The notes beneath the pieces are model-generated. The model made no database searches. It worked only from the letters and a program-made list of their open reading frames with translations, and was not told the DNA's origin. 33,617 bases of DNA from an uncultured virus (IMG/VR IMGVR_UViG_2061766007_000680) (taxonomy: Duplodnaviria > Heunggongvirae > Uroviricota > Caudoviricetes), in the IMG/VR virus record IMGVR_UViG_2061766007_000680. The stretch is one strand, 5' to 3'. This document shows positions 26,664 to 33,571 of the stretch, piece after piece; the stretch's first letter is position 1, and each line of letters opens with the position of its first letter. Position numbers and translations under genes: made by a program.

Positions 26664-26926
26664 TACTTAATCGGTTTAAGAGTAATACAATCCACATGTT
26701 TGTCATCGGCATACGTTACCACCTCATACGGCTTGCGCTTGAACATAACGTATTGACAATAAAAACGTGGGTAACTATCTAACGTATCGCCTTTCGTGGA
26801 AACTACCTTTTCCGCTTCTCCGTCAGTTACTAACAACTTGCCATAAGGCATTGTGTGGCGGTTTCCGAAATATGGAATAGTCCAAGACAATACTTTTTTA
26901 ATTCGAACTTTGTTGTTTTCGCTCAT
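26663..26926 (-). CDS. hypothetical protein
   Basis: 87 aa. Confidence 0.8.
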   Translation of the reverse strand: MSENNKVRIKKVLSWTIPYFGNRHTMPYGKLLVTDGEAEKVVSTKGDTLDSYPRFYCQYVMFKRKPYEVVTYADDKHVDCITLKPIK

Positions 26927-26940
26927 AGTTGTTTGTGTTT

Positions 26941-27162
26941 TTAATTATATTCTTTTGGTATGTAAATGTTCCATTTTGCAATGTATCTTTCGATAAAATC
27001 TTTTGGAAATTGACTTTCCCAACCACAACACGGACAAATAAATTGTTTCGTTCTGCGACCAAAGTATGTGCGGGGCATTTCCTTACAATTAGGATTACCG
27101 CAATAAGGCACATACCCTTGCTCATCCATAAGTTTTTGTCTCATCCAAGTTGTCTCTTCCAT
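26941..27162 (-). CDS. small zinc-ribbon protein
   Basis: PYCGNPNC...FICPCCGW. Confidence 0.85.
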   Translation of the reverse strand: MEETTWMRQKLMDEQGYVPYCGNPNCKEMPRTYFGRRTKQFICPCCGWESQFPKDFIERYIAKWNIYIPKEYN

Positions 27163-27308
27163 TGTGCTATTGTTTTAACTTCTACGGCAAAAGTACTACA
27201 TTTATTTGAAATATACAAATTTTAGAGAAAAAAAGTGTAATCCATCCCTAAAATTTTTATATATGGAAAATTAGTTTATATTTGGCTATATAGATGCGAA
27301 AAGGCAAC

Positions 27309-27346
27309 AAAAAACGGCAATATCTTTATTTATTGCCGCATTTTTG
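27309..27346. terminator. intrinsic terminator, possibly bidirectional
   Basis: A6-CGGCAATA...TATTGCCG-CA-T6. Confidence 0.75.
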
Positions 27347-27350
27347 ATTT

Positions 27351-27863
27351 TTACTCTCCTACCTCATCTACATCGGTATCTCCGTCTTCGGTCAAGTTAG
27401 ACAAGATTTGTTTCGTACACTCATCGCTCATTATCTCACTTTCTGCGAGTTCCAATGCCTCGTCTTCGTCCTCTGCCTCTACGCTCACCACTACTTGCGT
27501 GTGATAGTAAAAAGTCACATCGTACTTTTTCTTTTTCTTCTCCTTTGGTGCAAGAGGTTTCGGCTTTACAATCTTTCCGTGTTTCATACACACATCGGAA
27601 AAGCCGCAAGACATGTGCGGTAAGTCAAAAATACCACGATACTGCAAACATTGCTCTTTGTCATACACCGACAAGTCTGCTAACTTTGGGTAGGTGAGTT
27701 CCAATCTCATCGGCGAGTTTGGAAAGTTCTCCAGTTCCTCACAAGTCGGTGTTGCTACTGCGTGACCGTCTTCACAAGTGACTGTGTAACTGTGTTCCTC
27801 ATTATCACCGAATATCTTTTTGTCGGTGAGCAGCATTTCTTCTACAATTTTCTTTTTTGCCAT
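27351..27863 (-). CDS. hypothetical protein with a C-terminal DpnD/PcfM-like segment
   Basis: KKYDVTFYYHTQVVVSVEAEDEDEALELAE. Confidence 0.8.
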   Translation of the reverse strand: MAKKKIVEEMLLTDKKIFGDNEEHSYTVTCEDGHAVATPTCEELENFPNSPMRLELTYPKLADLSVYDKEQCLQYRGIFDLPHMSCGFSDVCMKHGKIVKPKPLAPKEKKKKKYDVTFYYHTQVVVSVEAEDEDEALELAESEIMSDECTKQILSNLTEDGDTDVDEVGE

Positions 27864-27889
27864 AGTGTTATAGTGTTTATGTATTTTGA

Positions 27890-28132
27890 TTAGTAATATA
27901 GTTTCTCATCAATCTGCTGCAAGATATTTTCCTTATCATCTAAAATGTTGCAGTCAATCTCACATACATATTGGTCAAAGTTATCACCAATATACACCTC
28001 ACAAAAATGCTCTTGTGTGGAATAGTTGAAACCTCCAACCAATTTTACCTCTCCAAAAGAGGTGTTGATAATGCGGTGTTTCGGTTTTCTACCACATATA
28101 TCTTTAATCATTTCTTCTCTTGTTTGTGCCAT
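27890..28132 (-). CDS. hypothetical protein
   Basis: Restarted at MAQTREE behind promoter 28153. Confidence 0.8.
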   Translation of the reverse strand: MAQTREEMIKDICGRKPKHRIINTSFGEVKLVGGFNYSTQEHFCEVYIGDNFDQYVCEIDCNILDDKENILQQIDEKLYY

Positions 28133-28273
28133 AGTTTTATTTGATTTGTACTGCAAAAGTACTACATTTTTCCCAATTATACAAATTTTGGAGAAAAAAA
28201 ATGCAATTACAACCTAAAATTTTTATATCTCACGGAATATGTTATATTTGGCTATATACTACACAAAAGGCAC

Positions 28274-28301
28274 AAAAAAAATAGCCGAACTTAATCGGCT
28301 A
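28274..28301 (-). terminator. intrinsic terminator
   Basis: TAGCCGA-ACTTAA-TCGGCTA plus A8; same inner stem-loop as 22810. Confidence 0.8.
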
Positions 28302-28305
28302 CCTT

Positions 28306-28536
28306 TTAGTAAATCATTTGCTTAACCAATCGGTTGGCAATCTTGTATGCTGCGTGCAGTTTCTCCGTTCCTGTCAATCCTCGTAATTCTTCTGCGTGAA
28401 TTACAAAGTTGTCAATCTCATACTGCAAATTCTCATCTTCGTATATTTGGCAGAAATACCCACCTTTGTTTATTCCGTTGTCATCGCAGAAAGATACATA
28501 TACTTTCTTGCGGTCATTTATTTTTACTGATAGCAT
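28306..28536 (-). CDS. hypothetical protein
   Basis: 76 aa, NKGGYFCQIY. Confidence 0.8.
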   Translation of the reverse strand: MLSVKINDRKKVYVSFCDDNGINKGGYFCQIYEDENLQYEIDNFVIHAEELRGLTGTEKLHAAYKIANRLVKQMIY

Positions 28537-28558
28537 ATTATTCCTTTCTTTAATAATT

Positions 28559-28580
28559 TATATACCCATTTGAGGCTATA
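28559..28580. repeat. 22-bp palindromic motif, copy 9
   Basis: TATATACCCATTTGAGGCTATA, 2 nt past the stop of 28583..29128. Confidence 0.8.
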
Positions 28581-28582
28581 TA

Positions 28583-29128
28583 TTACCAAACCATTGCTGC
28601 TCGTTTGGAATAGTGACTATCGTTCCAAATCTTTTCCAAAATCTGATACTCTTTCAAATCTGCGTATCGTGTGCGGTATTGAAAGTTCCAATTGTCATAG
28701 AGTTGGAAACCTTTCTCGGTCACAATCTTAATGTAGAACAAATTAGTTCCGTCATGGTGACTGCTCTTTACCTCAACCAAACCACGCGGCAGTTGCTTAA
28801 CTCGGATGTGGTCGCAGTCTTTAATGCAAGCGGTCAGTGCTTCCACGATATTGTCGAACATTTTTGCACACTCAAAGTTGCCCTGCCAAGTTCCTGCGGT
28901 GCCGCTTACTATAACTCGGTTGTCACCGAATATCTCCTCATCTTCAAGATAGTTCTTGCAGTTGTCGAAATCTTCCGACTCCATATCTGCAATAGACTGC
29001 CATACATCATCATCGGTGATTTTGCAATCTGGGTTGCACTCTTGCAATGCTGCCTTTTCTTCCTCAAAATCGTATCCGTCATAATTGTCGAATAAGATAA
29101 TGTCTTGCTTTTTAGTTTTCTTTGCCAT
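28583..29128 (-). CDS. conserved phage hypothetical protein (GTWQG...HHDGTN type)
   Basis: Restarted at MAKKTKK behind promoter 29154. Confidence 0.85.
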   Translation of the reverse strand: MAKKTKKQDIILFDNYDGYDFEEEKAALQECNPDCKITDDDVWQSIADMESEDFDNCKNYLEDEEIFGDNRVIVSGTAGTWQGNFECAKMFDNIVEALTACIKDCDHIRVKQLPRGLVEVKSSHHDGTNLFYIKIVTEKGFQLYDNWNFQYRTRYADLKEYQILEKIWNDSHYSKRAAMVW

Positions 29129-29242
29129 AGTTCTATTTGATTTTGTTTCTGCTGCAAAGGTAATATAAAAAAATGATATATACAAATTTTGAGGAGAAAA
29201 TGTTAATTTTATTTGTTTTGCAATATAGAGTTAGCAAAACAT

Positions 29243-29527
29243 TTATTCGAGGAAAATCCACTTGTTAGCAAGTTCACTTATTTGGTCGTTATTCGCTACT
29301 TCTTCATATGGTAGTTCAACTGACACAAAATCTTCTACATCATAGATATTGTCATTGTTTGGCTCAATATCATCGTCTATGATTTCAACTTTGTGAACCA
29401 TTTCGTACTCATCCAACCAAATATGCAGGCGAGGATTGGTATATGCTTTCTTGTTAGCGATGTATTCTTCTACTGCATCATATATTGCGGTTTCTAACGC
29501 ACGTAATGCTTGAAGGTAATTACTCAT
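29243..29527 (-). CDS. hypothetical protein, paralog of 23791..24072
   Basis: 94 aa; IYDAV...ISELANKWIFLE. Confidence 0.85.
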   Translation of the reverse strand: MSNYLQALRALETAIYDAVEEYIANKKAYTNPRLHIWLDEYEMVHKVEIIDDDIEPNNDNIYDVEDFVSVELPYEEVANNDQISELANKWIFLE

Positions 29528-29660
29528 ATCCGTATTGTTTTTAATGTTTCTGCTGCAAAAGTACTAAAAAGATTTCAATTATACAAATTTTGGAGAAAAA
29601 AATGAAAAAATTTTTATTATATATAATATATAGAATATAACGCAATAGACCCTATTTATT

Positions 29661-29732
29661 TCAATTCTAAGACACTTTATCATCAAATACGATAACTTTA
29701 TCATCTAAACAAAAATATGCGCTTAAAACGAA
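29661..29732. repeat. symmetric non-coding element
   Basis: Central GATAA-CT-TTATC, direct repeat ACTTTATCATC (29674, 29695), symmetric TAAG/CTTA outer arms. Confidence 0.5.
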
Positions 29733-29884
29733 GATTTTGAAAAAAATGTTGTTTTTCGTCACTTTTTTAACTTTATTGACAATTTACAATGGTAAAAAAG
29801 ATCCAGAAACACACAGAAAAAGATCTTATAGACAAATAAAAGAAAAATCTCCAATTATACAAATTTTGGGGAACAAATATACAC

Positions 29885-29914
29885 AAAAAAACGCCAACTC
29901 ATAAAGAGTCGGTG
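29885..29914 (-). terminator. intrinsic terminator
   Basis: CGCCAACTC-ATAAA-GAGTCGGTG plus A7. Confidence 0.75.
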
Positions 29915-30290
29915 CTAAAAATATATATTATATGAAAGAATTATAACTTATAAATTACTTGCGCATAGTTTTGTCCTCCGTTTAATGGTTCCACAATACA
30001 CTATAAAAATTTCCGAATAATTAATTAACTAATATGTTAGTGGGTCTGCGCCCTAATACGATTTGTAGCCATAGCCTATTCATTTTTATTTGTGCCCTAT
30101 GGTAGCCGCGCCGAGTGTAATTCGCCAACCTCTGACGCGATTTAACAACTACCTAAATGTTGCGGGCGATAATGCCAAAATTTCTATTTTCCTAATTGGA
30201 CAATTTATAACTATTTATTTTTATATTATTTATACCCTAATTGGGCGGTGGTTTATTGTTCTCCATAATTCCGTCTAAATTTTAATTACA
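29885..30290 (-). other. promoter- and terminator-bounded unit of about 400 nt without a standard-code gene
   Basis: Promoter 30293; mini-ORFs MENNKPPPN*, MATNRIRAQTH*, MRK*; an 81-codon frame 30021..30266 broken only by three TAGs. Confidence 0.6.
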
Positions 30291-30347
30291 ATGCAAAAGT
30301 ACTACAAATTTTTGACTTATACAATTTTTGGGGAAGAAAAATGCAAT

Positions 30348-30740
30348 TTATTTATCGTGCACCTCTTTATGGACGCTTTCGGTATGTTTCTCTAACCGAG
30401 CAGTGAGTTCGTCAAGATAAGCGTTGGTCAATTTCACTAACTTGTCGGGCGTTTCAAGTATGTCTTCGTGATTTTCAACATACTGAATTGTCTTGTCAGC
30501 CGCATAAATAATAACCGCATCTTTGGTCGATGGTGTTGCGATACCGATAAGCGCACCAATGATTGCAAAAGGCAATGCACCTTTCAAAATTTTTGTTACT
30601 GCGGCTCTCTCTTTGTCGTCATAGAAAAAGACGCAATAAAGAATTGCGGTAATAAGAATCACGGTGATAGCAAGCCCAAACACTACCCAAGAAAAATTGT
30701 TAATCGCGTCTAAACGCGTGATAAGATAAAATCCGAACAT
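30348..30740 (-). CDS. membrane protein (two TM helices plus helical tail)
   Basis: 130 aa, YLITRLD...PSTKD. Confidence 0.85.
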   Translation of the reverse strand: MFGFYLITRLDAINNFSWVVFGLAITVILITAILYCVFFYDDKERAAVTKILKGALPFAIIGALIGIATPSTKDAVIIYAADKTIQYVENHEDILETPDKLVKLTNAYLDELTARLEKHTESVHKEVHDK

Positions 30741-30822
30741 AACTATTAAGTTTTTTAATTTTACAATGTAAAAGTACTACATTTATTTCAATTATACAAA
30801 TTTTTGGGAATAAAAATGTGAT

Positions 30823-31074
30823 TTATTTTCTTTTCAATGCTTTCTCTATTGTCTTTTCGTACACATTTGCCAAAATTGCTTGTTGTACCTCATATTCAAA
30901 ATCAGCAGTCTGCTTGAAAAAACCTGTGCGTTGAAAGTCCCATATACCAGAATTTTTTGCAATCAGATTGATTTGCTTAATGTGCTCTCGCAGTTCCTTA
31001 AGATTTTTACTTGATAGGTGATTTAACACCCACTCTGAACTGCGCTTTTTTGCTTGCCATAATTCTCTTGCCAT
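30823..31074 (-). CDS. hypothetical protein
   Basis: Restarted at MARELWQ behind promoter 31101. Confidence 0.8.
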   Translation of the reverse strand: MARELWQAKKRSSEWVLNHLSSKNLKELREHIKQINLIAKNSGIWDFQRTGFFKQTADFEYEVQQAILANVYEKTIEKALKRK

Positions 31075-31120
31075 AGTGTTATTTGTTTTTGATTTCTGTT
31101 GCAAAGGTACAACAAAGTTT
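31071..31120. repeat. perfect 50-bp repeat (promoter -7 box, leader and ATG), copy 1
   Basis: Identical to 33568-33617. Confidence 0.95.
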
Positions 31121-31145
31121 TTAATTATACAAATTTTGGGGAAAA

Positions 31146-31472
31146 TTAGTAATTAAAAACACATCTTTTTTTGTTGTAGCATTTCATTAACTCCTTGCTC
31201 ATGTGCTTACGATTTCGGTACGGAATAGTTGCAACGCGTTTGCCTTTCTCAACAACATACACCTTAACATTGGTATATTTGTAGTCGTTTAAGTCGAGGA
31301 TGCAAGCCAATTCCTCTGCACGGAGTTGTGCCTTTCTCTGCGACCGATATGTTTCAATCGGTTCGGGATAGGTAACACGCTGACCATATTTGTACTGAAT
31401 AGGATACCCTGCATACCATTTTACGGGTATATTCTCATAAGATACACTTTCGTAATAAACTTGATACTGCAT
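31146..31472 (-). CDS. hypothetical protein
   Basis: 108 aa. Confidence 0.8.
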   Translation of the reverse strand: MQYQVYYESVSYENIPVKWYAGYPIQYKYGQRVTYPEPIETYRSQRKAQLRAEELACILDLNDYKYTNVKVYVVEKGKRVATIPYRNRKHMSKELMKCYNKKRCVFNY

Positions 31473-31486
31473 AGTTTGTTTTCTTT

Positions 31487-31741
31487 TTAATCACCATAAT
31501 AAGGTTCATTGAATGAATAATCAAATTCATCAATATAGCCAATTCTTCTTTGCCTATTTATTTCCTCATCATATTCCAATTGTTTTACTAACATTTTTTG
31601 CACCTCGTTTGATAATATAAAAGTTGGTATGTTCCACATACACCACTCAATATATTGCGCATCTTTAAGTAACACTTTGCTTATCTTTTCCCCTTTGTGC
31701 TTACCAAAATCTAATATGTCATCTAATCTTAATTCTTTCAT
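31487..31741 (-). CDS. exodeoxyribonuclease-X C-terminal-like (FGKHKG) small protein
   Basis: LDFGKHKGEKISKVLLKDAQYIEWC. Confidence 0.75.
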   Translation of the reverse strand: MKELRLDDILDFGKHKGEKISKVLLKDAQYIEWCMWNIPTFILSNEVQKMLVKQLEYDEEINRQRRIGYIDEFDYSFNEPYYGD

Positions 31742-31879
31742 TTCTCATTGATTCTTGCGCAAAAATAAAACATTTATTTGAATAATAAAAATTTTCAAGC
31801 AAAAAAATAATTTAACCCCTCAAAATTTTTATATACCAAAACTTTTCTTTTATTTGTCCATATATATGCGCAAAGACAC

Positions 31880-31912
31880 AAAAAAACAAGCGACTTTCCC
31901 AAGTCACTTGTC
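31880..31912 (-). terminator. intrinsic terminator
   Basis: ACAAGCGACTT-TCCC-AAGTCACTTGT plus A run. Confidence 0.8.
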
Positions 31913-31974
31913 CCAATTGTCTAACGTCTAAACCTTAACTATGATTTACTTTCGCATAACTAAACCCTTTCTTT

Positions 31975-32319
31975 TTAATTGAACAACTTGTCTGCCATTT
32001 CGCCAATCTTATCAAACGAGCAAGTGTTATTGCTACCACCTCGCCAATCTTCTGCGTGTGCCATTGTACGAATAAGAATATCATCGTACCAATCCCAATA
32101 GCGCACGTCACTCATATGCACATACACGAACTTGCCGCCTTTCTCTAATACCGCTGACCACTCAAAGTGATTGCCCAAAAACTTGTGTATCTTAATACCA
32201 AATTTCCTACATTGTGCCGCCAACTCCTTTTTACATTGACGTTCAAACGTAATGTATTCCATTGTACGATAATAATTGCTTTCAAACTCTTGATTACGAT
32301 AACTTTTTACGCTTGCCAT
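31975..32319 (-). CDS. conserved phage hypothetical protein (SDVRY...LIRT...DWRGGSN type)
   Basis: Restarted at MASVKSY behind promoter 32346. Confidence 0.85.
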   Translation of the reverse strand: MASVKSYRNQEFESNYYRTMEYITFERQCKKELAAQCRKFGIKIHKFLGNHFEWSAVLEKGGKFVYVHMSDVRYWDWYDDILIRTMAHAEDWRGGSNNTCSFDKIGEMADKLFN

Positions 32320-32394
32320 AATGTTTAGTTTTTTAATTTGATACTGCAAAGATACTACTTTTAATCCAAATATAAAAATTTTGGAGAATAATAA

Positions 32395-32655
32395 TTAAAG
32401 TCCAAATTTTTCAATTACTATTCCTACAATCTCATTTACCTTTCGCACATCTGGGTGTATGTTTTTGTAAAAGTTTCTGCTGATGTAGTGGCGGAATTTA
32501 AGTCTTAATTCGTTATCTTCCGTTTCTACTGCAAGACATTGAATCAGTCTTCCTTTATGTGTAATACCAAAATCTGCAATAGACAAAACTCCGCCCATTT
32601 CATTTACAAACTCTTTTACTTTTTTTACACCACTAATATTTAATCTTGTTGCCAT
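32395..32655 (-). CDS. hypothetical protein
   Basis: 86 aa behind promoter 32681. Confidence 0.8.
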   Translation of the reverse strand: MATRLNISGVKKVKEFVNEMGGVLSIADFGITHKGRLIQCLAVETEDNELRLKFRHYISRNFYKNIHPDVRKVNEIVGIVIEKFGL

Positions 32656-32729
32656 AGTTCTATTCTTTATTGTTTCTAATGCAAAAATACTGCTTTTATT
32701 CGGTATATAAAAATTTTAAGGGAATAAAA

Positions 32730-33146
32730 TTATTTACCTATCTCACCAATAACAAAATTATCGTATTTCCTAACATCGGTACCAATTATTCTATTACCAC
32801 TTTTTAAATCGTTTTGCCGTGAATACAACATATCTAACGACTTGAATTTTTCTACGGCAGGATAAGTGTGTACATTTTCAACTCCGTTCTCGCTTACAAC
32901 AGCGTGTCTATCATACGATAGCGTATATTTGAAATACTTGTCTTTGTTTGCTTTTGTTATAATCTCCTTAAACCAACCACCACAATCGGTATCACGAATA
33001 ATAACTTTGCTGACACCATCGTGCATATTGAACATATCAGCACCCATTTGAACCGCACTTGCAGGATGCGTCATCGACATACAATCATAACCATAAAACG
33101 GAACATTGCTTTTGTCATCGGAATATACCTCAATTCTTAATTTCAT
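32730..33146 (-). CDS. hypothetical protein
   Basis: 138 aa behind promoter 33170. Confidence 0.85.
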   Translation of the reverse strand: MKLRIEVYSDDKSNVPFYGYDCMSMTHPASAVQMGADMFNMHDGVSKVIIRDTDCGGWFKEIITKANKDKYFKYTLSYDRHAVVSENGVENVHTYPAVEKFKSLDMLYSRQNDLKSGNRIIGTDVRKYDNFVIGEIGK

Positions 33147-33325
33147 AATTGCTATTTTTTAATTACAATGCAAATGTACTATAATTTTTTCATATATAAA
33201 AATTTTAGAGTAAAAAAATAAAATCACTCCCCAAAATTTTTATATCTCGCAAACTTTGCTATTTTAGGATATATATAGGACTACCTACGACAGCCCCCCC
33301 ATAACCCCCTNNNNNNNNNNTTTAT

Positions 33326-33571
33326 TTACACATAAGAGCGAACAATCTCCAAAAGTTCATACATCGGCTGACCGCCATCGGGTTCAGTTTCCTCTACAAG
33401 AACATGCACAAAGTTTTTTTCTACGAACCCGAATTGGACGACAGCAACTTTCTCTTTCAGTTTCTCCGATTTCTCTACTACGATGCCAACTGCTGTTTCG
33501 TTGTCATAATTACTAACTTTTACGATACTGCCGACTTTAACGTCTGCAAATTTAACATTTCCGTATTCCAT
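33326..33571 (-). CDS. small beta-rich (SH3/KOW-like) hypothetical protein
   Basis: Restarted at MEYGNVK; VKVGSIVKV...GIVVEK. Confidence 0.75.
   Translation of the reverse strand: MEYGNVKFADVKVGSIVKVSNYDNETAVGIVVEKSEKLKEKVAVVQFGFVEKNFVHVLVEETEPDGGQPMYELLEIVRSYV

Larger units (their letters stand above)
5976..33278. promoter_or_regulatory. 14 class-II promoter-like elements (AAAATTTKTATA-N15-TWTATTTG-NCYATATAG)
   Basis: + strand copies start at 5976, 11779, 14832, 21200, 22745, 27250, 28216, 31822, 33233; - strand copies span about 10306-10348, 18865-18907, 19779-19821 (degenerate), 24809-24851, 29826-29867; fixed spacing one nt shorter than class I. Confidence 0.8.

Noticed and set aside
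33290..33320. C-rich tract beside the N gap as a genome terminus or packaging site
   Set aside because: Too short and truncated by the gap; cannot be evaluated
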